64,000 nucleotides of DNA from an uncultured Acidimicrobiaceae bacterium (GCA_963725355.1 CAVRYE010000008.1:31785-95784), one strand, 5' to 3'. Shown: positions 27,005 to 37,522, counted from the first letter of the stretch. The notes: generated by a model not told the origin, from the letters alone. Program-made: numbers and translations.

Positions 27005-28570
27005 TTAGGCGCCGGCGAGGCTGTGCAGGTCCAATATGCCCGGGGCGGTCCCGAGGCGGGAGAGCACCTCAGAAGGCACAGACCGGTCCGTCGAGAGAAC
27101 CATGAGGGCGGTACCGCCTCCCGGGCTCTGCCCGACGGCCATGTTCGTGATGCTCACCCCGGCGTCGCCGAGGGCCGAGCCGACGATGCCGATCATGCCC
27201 GGGCGGTCGTCGTTGCGCACGACAAGCAGGTTCGCTGCGAAGGGAAGCTCGACGGCGTGGTCGTCGACCATGACGATGCGCTCCCGGCCGGCCGACCCGA
27301 GCGTCCCGGAGGCGGCGTGGCTCCCACAGCGAAGTGTCACCTGGCTCAAGTAACTCCCGGCGGCTGTCGTCGAGGTCTCCCTCACCTCGAGGCCGTGGTC
27401 TTTGGCGAAGCGGGGCACGTTCACATACGAGACGGGCTCGTCGCTGGCCGCCGCGAACACTCCCTTCAGGGCGCAAAGGGTGAGCAGGCGCGTGTCCTCG
27501 CCCGCGAGCTCGCCCTGGTACTCGATCTCGAGATGGTCGGGGACGCCCTCACACAGGGCGGCCAACAAGCTGCCCAGCCTCTCGGCTACACCGTGGAAGG
27601 CCCGCACGGCGTCCGAAGAACCGGTGGCGGCCACGTTGACGGCATAGGGCACGAGCTCGCCGGCGAGGGCCAGCACCATCTGCTCGGCGATCTGCTCACC
27701 GGCTTTGTCCTGGGCCTCGGCCGTGCTGGCGCCGAGGTGGGGTGTGACGACCACCTGCTCGAGGCCGAACAGGGGCGACGAGGTGCACGGCTCGGTGGCA
27801 AATACGTCGATGGCAGCGCCGCCGACGTGGCCCGAAGATATGGCGTCCGCGAGAGCCTCCTCGTCGAGGAGCCCGCCACGAGCGGCGTTGACTATGCGGA
27901 TTCCCGGCTTGGACTTGGCAAGAAGCTCCTTGCCGATAAGGCCCCGGGTCTCCGGGGTGCTCGGAAGGTGGATGGTCACGAAATCAGAGCTGGCGAACAC
28001 ATCTTCGAGCTCGGCGAGCTCGGTGCCGATCTGGCGCGCCCTGTCCGGGGTCACGTACGGGTCGTAAGCGACGAGCCTCATACCGAAGGCGGCCGCCCGC
28101 TTGGCCACGAGCGAGCCGATGCGCCCGAGCCCGATGATCCCGAGCGTCTTGCCGTGCAGCTCGACGCCCTCCCACTTGGAGCGCTCCCAGCGCCCCTCCA
28201 CGAGGGCGCCGTGCGCCTGGGGGATGTTGCGGGCCTGGGCGAGCATGAGGGCGATAGCGTGCTCGGCCGCCGACAAGATGTTCGACTCCGGGGCGTTGAC
28301 GACCATCACCCCACGGCGCGTCGCTGCCTCGAGGTCGACGTTGTCCAGCCCGACTCCGGCCCGCCCGACCACGACGAGGTCACGGCCCGCTTCCAGCACC
28401 TCGGCGGTGACCTGGGTAGCAGAGCGGATGACGAGGGCGGCGGCACCATCGACGGCGGAGAGGAGCTCGCCGGGCGTGAGCGACAGCTGCACGTCGACTT
28501 CATGGCCGGCGTTCGCCATCAACTCGAGCCCGGGGGAGGCGAGCTTCTCGGTGACAAGGATCCTTGCCAT
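27005..28570 (-). CDS. serA: D-3-phosphoglycerate dehydrogenase (long form with ASB and ACT domains)
   Basis: 521 aa. GRAGVGLDNVD, NAD-binding GIIGLGRIGSLVA, C-terminal ACT-like domain. Confidence 0.9.
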   Translation of the reverse strand: MARILVTEKLASPGLELMANAGHEVDVQLSLTPGELLSAVDGAAALVIRSATQVTAEVLEAGRDLVVVGRAGVGLDNVDLEAATRRGVMVVNAPESNILSAAEHAIALMLAQARNIPQAHGALVEGRWERSKWEGVELHGKTLGIIGLGRIGSLVAKRAAAFGMRLVAYDPYVTPDRARQIGTELAELEDVFASSDFVTIHLPSTPETRGLIGKELLAKSKPGIRIVNAARGGLLDEEALADAISSGHVGGAAIDVFATEPCTSSPLFGLEQVVVTPHLGASTAEAQDKAGEQIAEQMVLALAGELVPYAVNVAATGSSDAVRAFHGVAERLGSLLAALCEGVPDHLEIEYQGELAGEDTRLLTLCALKGVFAAASDEPVSYVNVPRFAKDHGLEVRETSTTAAGSYLSQVTLRCGSHAASGTLGSAGRERIVMVDDHAVELPFAANLLVVRNDDRPGMIGIVGSALGDAGVSITNMAVGQSPGGGTALMVLSTDRSVPSEVLSRLGTAPGILDLHSLAGA

Positions 28571-28572
28571 TG

Positions 28573-29811
28573 TCAGTCCCGTGCCTCTGCTAACAGCTCG
28601 CCGAGACGGCTGATCCCCTTTAGGAGATCAGCGTCCGACAAGGCGTAGGAGAAACGACCATAACCGGGCGCCCCGAACGCCTCGCCCGGCACGAAGGCGA
28701 CTCGGGCCTCTTCGAGCACGAGCTCGGCCAGCTCGAGCGTCGTCTTCGGCCTGCGACCCCTGATCTCGCGCCCGAGGACAGCCTCAAAGGAGGGGAAGGC
28801 ATAAAAAGCGCCCTCGGGCTCGAGGCAGGTGACACCGTCGATAGCGGACAGCAGCTCGAATATGGTCCGGCGGCGTCGGTCGAAGGCGGCCCTCATCTCC
28901 TCGACGGCCGACAGGTCGCCCGTCAAGGCGGCGATCGTGGCCCGCTGGGCGATGTTGTTGACATTCGAGGTCTGGTGCGACTGCAGGTTCGTGGCGGCTT
29001 CGACGAAGTCGGTCGGCCCGATGAGCCAGCCGACCCGCCAGCCCGTCATGGCATAGGTCTTGGCTACGCCGTTGGCGATGACGCAACGATCAGCCAGCTC
29101 GGGTACCACGACCGGCATCGAGTGCTGGGTGTGGTCGCCGTAAACGAGGTGCTCGTAGATCTCGTCTGTGAGGACCCACCAGCCCCGCTCGGCGGCCAGA
29201 CGCCCGATCTCGGCGATCTGGTCCCGGCTGTAGACGGCTCCGCTCGGGTTGGAGGGCGATACGAACACGAGCAGCTTGGTGCGCTCGGAGGCGGCAGCCT
29301 CTAGCTGTTCAGCTGTCACCTTGAAACCGCTCGCCACGCCCGTCGGGACCTCGACGACGACTCCGCCGCTGAGGCGCACCGGCTCCGGATAGGTCGTCCA
29401 GTACGGGGCGGGCAAGAGCACCTCGTCGCCCGGGTCGAGCAGGGAGGCAAAGGCGTTGTAGACAGCGTGCTTTCCGCCGTTGGTGACGACGACCTGCTTG
29501 GCTCCGATCTCGTAGTGCGAGTCGCGGGCCGTCTTGTTGACGATCGCTTCCTTGAGCTCGGGCAGGCCGCCAGTCGGCGTGTAGCGGTAATTGCGGGCGT
29601 CGCCGCAGGCGGCGACAGCGGCGGCAACGATGGCCGCCGGGGTTGGAAAGTCGGGCTCTCCGGCCCCGAAGCCGACCACGTCGACTCCCTGGGCCTGCAG
29701 CTGCTTTGCCTTGGCGTCGATGGCCAGGGTCGCTGAGGGCGCCACGCCCGCGACACGCTGAGATACGCGGCGGGACACAGACGGCGTGTCGAGTGAGGGT
29801 GATATCGCCAT
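28573..29811 (-). CDS. PLP-dependent aminotransferase class I (aspartate aminotransferase-like)
   Basis: ATG 29811 ([12 protein letters not shown]…). [10 protein letters not shown] and PLP-lysine region [15 protein letters not shown]. The stop lies 3 nt upstream of the serA start. Confidence 0.85.
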   Translation of the reverse strand: MAISPSLDTPSVSRRVSQRVAGVAPSATLAIDAKAKQLQAQGVDVVGFGAGEPDFPTPAAIVAAAVAACGDARNYRYTPTGGLPELKEAIVNKTARDSHYEIGAKQVVVTNGGKHAVYNAFASLLDPGDEVLLPAPYWTTYPEPVRLSGGVVVEVPTGVASGFKVTAEQLEAAASERTKLLVFVSPSNPSGAVYSRDQIAEIGRLAAERGWWVLTDEIYEHLVYGDHTQHSMPVVVPELADRCVIANGVAKTYAMTGWRVGWLIGPTDFVEAATNLQSHQTSNVNNIAQRATIAALTGDLSAVEEMRAAFDRRRRTIFELLSAIDGVTCLEPEGAFYAFPSFEAVLGREIRGRRPKTTLELAELVLEEARVAFVPGEAFGAPGYGRFSYALSDADLLKGISRLGELLAEARD

Positions 29812-29929
29812 CTGCCTATGCTGGCACAGAGTCTGGCGCACCCATACTCGAGGGCCATGGGCGGCGGCGCGGCGGTGTCGGTGCCCCGCCGCAAAGCCGA
29901 TCGGCCCGCCGGCCGTCTAGGAGGAAACC

Positions 29930-31063
29930 TTGGCCGAGCTGGTCATCCCCCAGCAGCTGCTGCCGAACGACGGGCGCTTTGGGTCCGGGCCGTCCAAGGT
30001 CCGGGCCGAAGCGGTCGCGGCGCTAGAGGCCAAGTCGCCCAAGTACCTAGGCACGAGCCATCGTCAAGCACCCGTGCGCGAGGTCGTGGCGAGGGTGCGC
30101 TCCGGACTGGCGAGTCTGTTCGAACTGCCCGAGGGCTACGAAGTCATGCTCGGCAACGGAGGCACGACTGCATTCTGGGACGCCGCCACGTTCTGCCTTG
30201 TGGAGAAAAGAAGCCAGCACCTCTCCTTCGGCGAGTTCTCCGCCAAGTTCGCCGACTGCACTCGTTCGGCGCCGTTCCTCGATGACCCTGAGGTCTTCGT
30301 CTCCGAGCCCGGGACGTGCCCGCAAGCGGTGGCCACGGCGGGAATCGACACCTACTGCCTGACCCACAACGAAACCTCGACCGGGGTCCAGTCCGTGGTC
30401 CACAGGCCTCTCGGACCGGGCGGGGCCGTGGCCGAGGGCCTCGTCCTCGTCGACGGCACCTCGGCCGCCGGCGGGCTTCGCGTGGAGGCGGCCGAGTTCG
30501 ACGCCTACTACTTCGCTCCGCAGAAGTGCTTCGGGTCCGATGGCGGCCTCTGGCTCGCCCTCTTGTCGCCGGCCGCGATCGAAAGGGTCGACCGCCTGTC
30601 GGCGAGCGGGCGATTCGTGCCCGCCTTTTTGGACCTGAAGATCGCCCTTTCGAACTCGCGCCTGCAGCAGACCTACAACACCCCGGCGCTCGCCACGTTG
30701 TTGCTGCTCGCCGAGCAGGTGGACTGGTTCCTCGACAACGGGGGTCTCGAATGGGCGGCCTCTCGGTCGGACCGCTCGGCCGAGATCATCTACGGCTGGG
30801 CGGAGGCAGCCGACTACGCCGAGGCCTTCGTGGCCGATCCGCTAGAGCGCAGCCACGTCACTGCGACCATCGACCTCGACGCCTCGGTCGACGCGCTCGA
30901 GGTGGCGGCCGCGCTTAGAGCCAACGGCGTCGTGGACACCGAGCCCTACCGCAAGCTCGGGCGCAACCAGCTGCGCGTCGCCCTTTTTCCTGCGATCGAC
31001 CCCGAAGACGTCGAGGCCCTGACCGCGTGTGTCGACTGGATCGTGGAGCGCCTCTCGCGCTAG
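29930..31063 (+). CDS. serC: Phosphoserine aminotransferase (actinobacterial type)
   Basis: TTG 29930 preceded by AGGAGG with a 5-nt spacer. 377 aa: DGRFGSGPSKVR…LGTSHRQAPVREVV…GNGGTTAFWD…. Confidence 0.8.
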   Translation: MAELVIPQQLLPNDGRFGSGPSKVRAEAVAALEAKSPKYLGTSHRQAPVREVVARVRSGLASLFELPEGYEVMLGNGGTTAFWDAATFCLVEKRSQHLSFGEFSAKFADCTRSAPFLDDPEVFVSEPGTCPQAVATAGIDTYCLTHNETSTGVQSVVHRPLGPGGAVAEGLVLVDGTSAAGGLRVEAAEFDAYYFAPQKCFGSDGGLWLALLSPAAIERVDRLSASGRFVPAFLDLKIALSNSRLQQTYNTPALATLLLLAEQVDWFLDNGGLEWAASRSDRSAEIIYGWAEAADYAEAFVADPLERSHVTATIDLDASVDALEVAAALRANGVVDTEPYRKLGRNQLRVALFPAIDPEDVEALTACVDWIVERLSR

Positions 31064-31836
31064 GCCCCGCTCGCCGGTTGTTTCATCTCCGCCGCCGCAC
31101 GCGCCCGGCGGTCGTAGCTGCGGGCGATACGCAGGCGCCAGGTCAACCGGACGGTGTCGATGAGCATGGCGAGGACGGCCCTCGGCGAGATCGTGCTCGA
31201 GAAGCGCTCACGGATCTCGACGGGCAGCTCGACGACGTTGGTATAGCCGCGGCGCCGGGCCACGGCGAGCAACTCGAGGTCGAAGGTGAAGCCGTCCTCT
31301 TTCAAGACGGGCAACAGCTCGGTCACGATCTCACGGCGAGCCAGCTTGATGCCGCTCTGGGTGTCGGTCACGTCAAGCCCGAAGAGCAGGCGCGTGAGAC
31401 CTTGATACCCGAAGGAGTAGACGCGCCGGAGCCATGGATAGACGACGACCGAATCGGGATGGCGCTTGGAGCCGATGGCAAAATCTGGCGACGCCCGCTC
31501 GATGCAGTCGACGAACTCCCCGAGCACGGGAGCGGGGATGTCCCCGTCGCCGTCGATGAAACCGAGGTACCGCCCCTGTCCGAGACCAAGACCGACGCGA
31601 AGCGCATGGCCCTTGCCCTGGTTGACGGGCAGGTAGACCACCTTTACCTCGGGACCGAGCTGCTCGAGCCCGGCGTCGCTGCCATCGGTCGAGCCGTCCG
31701 AGACGGCGATCACCTCGAAGGCGACCTTGCGGTCTCGAAGGAGCTCGATGACCTGACAGACATGGCTGACAAGGCTCGGACCCGGGTTGTAGTACGGCAC
31801 CACGACTGTCAGCTCGAGCTGGCCTTCGGGTTGCAC
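31060..31836 (-). CDS. Family 2 glycosyltransferase
   Basis: 258 aa. LTVVVPYYNPG, AVSDGSTDGS, FIDGDGD (DxD). Fits the polyprenyl-phosphate sugar transferase-like GT-A fold. Confidence 0.8.
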   Translation of the reverse strand: MQPEGQLELTVVVPYYNPGPSLVSHVCQVIELLRDRKVAFEVIAVSDGSTDGSDAGLEQLGPEVKVVYLPVNQGKGHALRVGLGLGQGRYLGFIDGDGDIPAPVLGEFVDCIERASPDFAIGSKRHPDSVVVYPWLRRVYSFGYQGLTRLLFGLDVTDTQSGIKLARREIVTELLPVLKEDGFTFDLELLAVARRRGYTNVVELPVEIRERFSSTISPRAVLAMLIDTVRLTWRLRIARSYDRRARAAAEMKQPASGA

Positions 31837-31887
31837 GTGCCCAATCCTGGCATGCTGGCGGCAGCTCCCCGACGCGGAGCGGGGCTC

Positions 31888-32850
31888 TCAGCCGACGTGG
31901 CCGGTGACGTACTGCTTGGTGCGCTCGTCGAGGGGCGATTCGAAGACCTGGACGGTCGGGCCGACCTCGACGAGCTCACCCACGCGGTCCTCACCTAGGA
32001 GGAAGACCGCGGCGTTGTCCGAGACCCGGGCGGCCTGGAACATGTTGTGGGTGACAAGGACGATGCTCACCTCGGAGGCGAGATTTGTGATCAGGTCCTC
32101 GATCTTGGCCGTGGCGATTGGGTCGAGGGCCGAGCAGGGCTCGTCCATCAAGAGCACGTCCGGCTCGATGGCGAGAGCCCGGGCGATGCAGAGGCGTTGC
32201 TGCTGGCCTCCCGAGAGCCTGAGGGCGGTCTGGTGGAGCCGGTCCTTCACGATGTCCCAGAGGGCGGCGTGGCGCAGGGCTGACTCCGCCGCCTCCCGCA
32301 GAAGTGCCTTGTTGCGGATCCCGTTGAACCTGAGCCCGGAGGTGACATTGTCCAAGATGCTCATCGTGGGGAACGGGTTCGGTCGCTGGAAGACCATCCC
32401 GACGCGGGCCCGTACCAGCTCAGGGTCGGTATCGGGGGCATAGACGTCGACCTCGCCGAGGCGGATCGTGCCCTCTACCCGCCCGCCCAAGTGGTCGTGG
32501 AGGCGATTGATCGCCCTGAGCACGGTCGTCTTCCCGCACCCAGACGGGCCGACGAGCGCCGTCACCTGCCGGGCGGGCAGGGCCAGGGTCACGTTACGGA
32601 CCGCGACGTGCTCCGCGAAGGAGACCTTCACGTTTTCGAGCGTGACGGCGGGCTCGGCCGCGCCACCTTCCCGCCTCGGGGCGCGCGCAGCTGCTTCGAT
32701 TGCCACCGAGGCGGGAGTGCGCGAGCTCGGGTGGTGCAAGGGCATCGCCCCCTCGCCCTGCCCGGGCCGACCGGTACCGAGGGTGGAGCTGTCCTCGGTC
32801 ATAAGAAATTTTCCCACAACCTTCGTACCGGCCGCGTCCACGGGCCTCAT
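31888..32850 (-). CDS. pstB: Phosphate ABC transporter ATP-binding protein
   Basis: ATG 32850 overlaps the pstA stop (ATGA). Walker A GPSGCGKTT, signature LSGGQQQRLCIARA, PstB-typical C-terminus (…TKQYVTGHVG). It has a ~60-aa N-terminal extension. Confidence 0.9.
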   Translation of the reverse strand: MRPVDAAGTKVVGKFLMTEDSSTLGTGRPGQGEGAMPLHHPSSRTPASVAIEAAARAPRREGGAAEPAVTLENVKVSFAEHVAVRNVTLALPARQVTALVGPSGCGKTTVLRAINRLHDHLGGRVEGTIRLGEVDVYAPDTDPELVRARVGMVFQRPNPFPTMSILDNVTSGLRFNGIRNKALLREAAESALRHAALWDIVKDRLHQTALRLSGGQQQRLCIARALAIEPDVLLMDEPCSALDPIATAKIEDLITNLASEVSIVLVTHNMFQAARVSDNAAVFLLGEDRVGELVEVGPTVQVFESPLDERTKQYVTGHVG

Positions 32851-33766
32851 CGAGCTCTGCGCGTGAGACGCCAGGCCACAAGACGCGCCGCCGCGCTCAA
32901 CAAGAGCACGAAGACGAGCAACAAGAGCGCTGTCGCCCACGCTGTTTGCTGCTCGTCGGGGAAAGGCTGGGTCCCCTCTGAGTAGATGAGAAGCGTCATG
33001 GCCATGGTTGGGGCGGCGACGGTGAACAACAGGGGCGCCGTCTCACCGACGCCGCGCGACAAAGCAAGAAGGTTCCCTGTCACAAGACCAGGCAAGGCTC
33101 CGCGCAGCACGACCGACCGGGCCACGCCGTGAGCGCCGGGCGCCGAGCGCGACGCCGGCCTCCCAAAGATCCGTTGCCACAGTGCGCATTGCCTCCTCGT
33201 TGGCCCTGATCATTATCGGGAGCATCAAAACAGCCAGGGCAAAGGACGCCGCAAGGTTGGAGAAGTGGTGGAGGGGGCGCACCAATACCGCGTAGGCGAA
33301 GATCCCGATGACGATCGAGGGCACGCCAGTGAGAAGGTCGGCACCGAAGCGTACGGCGGCAGCGAGGTGCCCGCGACGCTCGTGGAGGAACAGGGCGGCA
33401 AGAAGGCCCACGGGCACCGCCATCAACAAAGCGAGACCGACGATCTCGCCCGTACCGACGATCGCCGTCGAGATCCCCCCCGCCCGGGACCCCCTCTGGT
33501 ACCGGAGCATGGGTGAGAAAGCCGAGGGAGATCCCACCAAAACCTCTGTCGAGGGTGTAGTAGACGAGGGCGACGAGCGGCGCCAGGCCGACAGCGGTGG
33601 CAAGGACGCACAGCACCTGGACAGATCTTCCCTGGCGCCGTCGCCGGCGCAGGCTGTCGCGTGCGGCCGCCTGGATGATCGGGCGGCGCCGCTCCCGGGG
33701 CGCCCAGTCGGACCTCGCCCCGGGTTCGTCGCCCGGCAATCCTGCCGCCACGTCTCCGGTGATCAC
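32847..33766 (-). pseudogene. pstA: Phosphate ABC transporter permease PstA, split into three frames (two apparent frameshifts)
   Basis: N-part ORF 33080..33766 (…LVALVYYTLDRGFGGISLGFLTHAPVPEGVPGGG). Middle ORF 33043..33603 (GGISTAIVGTGEIVG…MIRANEEAMRTVATDLWEAGVALGA). C-part ORF 32847..33125 (ARSVVLRGALPGLVTG…GETAPLLFT). The first junction is inside a C7 run (33475-33481); the second lies within about 33125-33150. Confidence 0.8.
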
Positions 33767-34771
33767 GCCGTCGCCTTCGTGGCCGTCGGCCGGACACCGC
33801 GGGCAAGCCGCCCTGGGCCTAGGCCTCTTAAGAGAGCCTGCCCGCCCGCGTTGACGATCAAGGTCAGCACCAAGAGCACGGCGGCGAGAGCTATCACCGA
33901 GCTCGTCCCGATGCCGGGCTCCGCCTCGGCGAACTGGTTGACGATGGCCGAGCCCAAAGTGGCCCCGGGCGAGAGCAAGGAATGGGGCACGGCCGGGTTA
34001 TTGCCGATGACCATGGCGACGGCGATGCTCTCCCCGAGCGCCCGACCGACCGCGAGCGTCAATGAGGCGGCGATCCCCGAGCGCGCCCCGGGGAAGACGA
34101 CCTCGCGGACGACCTGCCAGTGGGTGGCACCGAGCGCCATGGCCGCCTCGCGATCGGCCAAGGCGACCCCCGACAGCGCCGTCCGGCTCAGCGCCACCAC
34201 GGTCGGCAGAGTCATGACCGCCAGCACCACCGAGGCGAGCAGGATGCTCGGACCGTAGGCCGGGCCGTGAAAAAGCCACTCCAGGCCGGGCACGCTCTTG
34301 AAGAACGGCTCGACGTGGTCGGCGAAGACCGGCGAGAGCACCAGGAGCGCCCAAAGGCCGACGACGATGCTCGGCACGGCGGCCAGGACCTCGATCGCTG
34401 CTCGAGAGCGGGCCGGCCAGCCACCGCGGGGCAAGCTCGGACAAAAAGGCCGCCGTGCCTAGTCCGACGGGGACGACGATGACCATGGCGACCAAGGTGG
34501 TCACGACCGTCCCCACGACGAGGACGCCGGCACCGTACTGGTTGGCGACCGGGTTCCAGGTGCCCGACCATAAAAAGCCGATCCCGGAGTGGGCCAGCGC
34601 CTGGCTCGAGTCGAGGACGATGCTGACCACGAGCCCCAACAAGACGGCCAGGAAGAGCCCCGCCGCGCCCCAGCGCAAGGCGACATAGCCACGGCCGCCA
34701 CGCCTGTCGTGGCTATGTCGAACCGCTGCTCGTACCGAGGCGAAGCTGCCCGCGCCGGGGAGGGCGCTCAC
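33763..34771 (-). pseudogene. pstC: Phosphate ABC transporter permease PstC with apparent frameshift near 34405-34412
   Basis: ORF 33998..34771 is PstC-like up to …AAFLSELAPRWLAGP. The conserved continuation …RSRAAIEVLAAVPSIVVGLWAL… lies in the frame of ORF 33763..34434. Confidence 0.8.
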
Positions 34772-35910
34772 TTAGTAAACAATGGGCCGCCTTGAGGCGC
34801 CTGCAGCTTCTCGAGCGTCGCTGTCGACAGCGCCACGACGTCTGCCGGCAGCGGGGCGTAACCGAGCGAGGCGGCGTACTTTTGCCCAGTTGTAACGACC
34901 CAGTCGAAGAGCTTGCCGAGGGCGATCCCCTTGGCCTCGTTGGGGTTCTTCTCATAGAGCAGCGTCCAACTGAAGTTGGCAAGCGCGTAGGTCCCAGTGC
35001 CGGGACTGTCGATTATCGAGAACTTCGTCGAGCTCAGGCCGCTGGCCTGAGACCCGGCCTGCGCGATTGACTGCAGGGTCGGAGCCACGAAGGCCCCAGC
35101 CTTGTTCTTAAGGGCGGCGTTGGTGAACTTGGCCTCGAGGGCATAGCCGTATTCGACAAAGCCGATAGCGCCATGCGTCTGGCTCACATAGGTGGCGACG
35201 CCGCTGTTGAGCTGCTCGCCGACGCCCACCTTGGGCAGCGGCCAGGTCTTGGAGGCCTTCTCGCCGACTTTGGCGGCCCAGGCCGGTGCGGTCTTTATGA
35301 GGTAGTCGTCGAGGTCCCAGCCCGGGCCGGAGGAATCCGCGCGGTGCACCGGGACGATGGCGAGGTTGGGCAGGTTCTTGTCGCCCGAGACCGCGGCGAT
35401 CTGGGGGCTGTCCCAGTTGGTGATCGTGCCGTTGAAGATCGCCGCCAACGTCGGCCCGTCGAGCTTGAGCCCGCTCGCAACGCCGGGCAGGTTGTAGCTG
35501 ATCGCCACTCCTCCGAGGTCCACAGGCACCTGCAGCACAGTACGCGGCGTCTTGGCCAGGTCCTTGGCCGCCATCGGGATCTCGGTGTCGCCGAAGTCGA
35601 CGGTCCCCTGCTCGATGTCGCTGATGCCGACGCTGCTCCCCGTCGGCGAGTAGGTGATCGTCGACTTGGAATTCTTGAGGTGGTACTCGTAGAAGACCTT
35701 CTCGAAAAACGGGTTGATCGAGTTTGCCCCCGCCCCGGCCAGTGTCACCGATGCGGCGGTCGTCGTGTCGTAGGCGGGGCCGAGCGGGCCACCGGGAGCG
35801 ACTGGCGAGCTCGTGGGTGTGGCCGAGGCGACCGAGCCTGTCGAGGCGAAGACGGCACCGAGCAGCCCGAGCCACACGACGAGCGCGAGAACAATAGGAC
35901 GACGAAGCAT
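34768..35910 (-). CDS. pstS: Phosphate-binding protein PstS (secreted)
   Basis: 380 aa with a signal peptide. Contains TLAGAGANSINPFFEK…YSPTGSSVGI…, typical PstS periplasmic-binding fold. AGGAGGGG precedes the ATG at 35910. Confidence 0.9.
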   Translation of the reverse strand: MLRRPIVLALVVWLGLLGAVFASTGSVASATPTSSPVAPGGPLGPAYDTTTAASVTLAGAGANSINPFFEKVFYEYHLKNSKSTITYSPTGSSVGISDIEQGTVDFGDTEIPMAAKDLAKTPRTVLQVPVDLGGVAISYNLPGVASGLKLDGPTLAAIFNGTITNWDSPQIAAVSGDKNLPNLAIVPVHRADSSGPGWDLDDYLIKTAPAWAAKVGEKASKTWPLPKVGVGEQLNSGVATYVSQTHGAIGFVEYGYALEAKFTNAALKNKAGAFVAPTLQSIAQAGSQASGLSSTKFSIIDSPGTGTYALANFSWTLLYEKNPNEAKGIALGKLFDWVVTTGQKYAASLGYAPLPADVVALSTATLEKLQAPQGGPLFTK

Positions 35911-35996
35911 TTACCCCTCCTGGCGATGGCATGACAGCGTGCGATCAAGTCAGCAGAATTACTTAATCGATAGATTAACAGCAATACATAGGCTTA
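35911..35996 (-). promoter_or_regulatory. AT-rich pstS upstream region (candidate Pho-regulated promoter)
   Basis: The lowest-GC stretch seen in the window. Minus strand GTTAATCTATCGATTAAGTAATTCTGCTGAC has TTAA(T/G) repeats about 12 nt apart and an ATCGAT palindrome. No known Pho-box consensus could be matched. Confidence 0.3.
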
Positions 35997-36021
35997 GCTA
36001 CGCACCTCTTGTTCGTGTAGC
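35997..36021 (-). terminator. Possible terminator hairpin after the upstream secreted-protein gene
   Basis: Minus-strand GCTACAC-GAACAAGAG-GTG(C)GTAGC, followed by a moderately T-rich tract. It has an imperfect stem and a weak U-tail. Confidence 0.3.
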
Positions 36022-36043
36022 GTCAAAGGAGCAGTGCTCAGGC

Positions 36044-37522
36044 TCAGGAGCTGGTCGCAGCCTTCGCAGGGGCGACGGCCGTCAAGGTGACGGCGTTGGA
36101 ATAGCCGAACTGATACGAGCCGGGCTCGTCGGCGACCATGACCCTGTAGGTATCGGTAACCCCGGGCACGGTGAAGGAGAACTTACCTGCAGCCGATTCG
36201 TGAGTATTGAAGATGTTGGCCCACCGGTCCGATGAGATCCGTCGCTCGAGGGTGACGAGCTGGCCGGAGAGCGGCGTGGAAACCTGGCCGGTCACAGTTG
36301 TGCGCTTGCCCATCGGGGCCCGCAACCGGGCGAGGGTGATAGTCACCGTCTGGCCGTTGAGCACCGGCTGAACCAAGGAGGGTCCAGAGGTGGCGTCGGT
36401 CTCGTAGACGATCCCGGCCCCCGACGACTCGAGAACAGGGGCGATACCACCGGCTGTGGGAGCGGGATTCAAGGCGGCAAGCCCAGACCAGTGCGTCCCG
36501 TCCGCCGTCGTCTCGCAGTAGAGCTGCGAGCCCTCGTTCTTGTCGAGAAAGAAGACGTGTACGAGGCCCGTGACCGATTGCAGGCTCCAGTAGGCCTCTC
36601 CCCCTCCGGTGGGCTCGGGCACCGCGTAGGGGGGGCCGAAGGTCTTGCCGTTGAAAAAGCGCAGAAAGGCGCCGGGGGTGGCCGTGCTCGAATAGGTGAG
36701 CAAGGCGTCGGCGGAGACACCGGCCAGGTCCTCGCCGTCGAAGATCCCTACCGGCGAGTACGAGCTCGTGAAGTTGAAGTCGCTCCCTTTGGGCGCGTAC
36801 TCGACGAGGGTGTCGCCGCGGGCGTCGTCACTTGCGACGAGGACCCCACCGTCGTAGCTGGACAGCGAGGTGTCGCCGTCGGGCCGGGTGTTGGGGTGTG
36901 CGGGCAGGGACAAAGCGACATAGGGGGGCGGCAAGAGGGCCTGCACGTCGAGGCTCGAGGTCTCAGACGAGGCGAGCACGATCTGGCCGTCGGACACGGT
37001 GGCGGCGTCGACGCCCCGGATACCTCCTGCTGGGATCTCGCTCGAGAATGTCTTGGCGTCGTTCGTGCTGTTGAACACGACGGCGCCGCCGAGACCGGAG
37101 AAGACCGGTATGGCACAGCAGTCCTCCAGCACGACGGTCACGTCCTCCGGCCCGGTGGCGAGCACCTCCGGTACTCCGGAGAAGGCGTCCTTTTTGCCCG
37201 GGCCCTTGTAGGGGCTCAAAGTGGCTGTCGAGGCACAGCTGTGCCCTCCGGGCACCAACACGCAGACCAAGGCCCTCGCTCCATTGGCAGAGAGCGAGGC
37301 GAGCACCATGGTCCCGTCTTCCAAGACGGCTCCCGAGCCCCTCCCACCCCCGGTGGACCCGATGCCGAAGGCGGCCAGCTCCGGCTGGGGACTGCCGATC
37401 GTGACACTGCCCGTAGGCGAGGCCAGGGCTTGGCTAGCAGTTAGAGCGGTCCCGGTGATGAGAACCGCTGCGAGAGCGACGGCCCTCCTGACTACCGTCA
37501 ATGACCCAGGCCAACCTGGCAC
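36044..37522 (-). CDS. Secreted protein with Asp-box/BNR-like repeats and a C-terminal Ig-like domain (function unknown)
   Basis: ORF 36044..37699. Probable start GTG 37522 or TTG 37501, giving signal peptide RRAVALAAVLITGTALTASQALA. Asp-box-like STNDAKTF and TADGTHW. The beta-rich C-terminus resembles carboxypeptidase-regulatory/Ig folds. Confidence 0.5.
   Translation of the reverse strand: MPGWPGSLTVVRRAVALAAVLITGTALTASQALASPTGSVTIGSPQPELAAFGIGSTGGGRGSGAVLEDGTMVLASLSANGARALVCVLVPGGHSCASTATLSPYKGPGKKDAFSGVPEVLATGPEDVTVVLEDCCAIPVFSGLGGAVVFNSTNDAKTFSSEIPAGGIRGVDAATVSDGQIVLASSETSSLDVQALLPPPYVALSLPAHPNTRPDGDTSLSSYDGGVLVASDDARGDTLVEYAPKGSDFNFTSSYSPVGIFDGEDLAGVSADALLTYSSTATPGAFLRFFNGKTFGPPYAVPEPTGGGEAYWSLQSVTGLVHVFFLDKNEGSQLYCETTADGTHWSGLAALNPAPTAGGIAPVLESSGAGIVYETDATSGPSLVQPVLNGQTVTITLARLRAPMGKRTTVTGQVSTPLSGQLVTLERRISSDRWANIFNTHESAAGKFSFTVPGVTDTYRVMVADEPGSYQFGYSNAVTLTAVAPAKAATSS

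Noticed and set aside
26897-28648. 583-aa plus-strand ORF
   Set aside because: Antisense shadow of serA, with the same compositional signature and no motifs.
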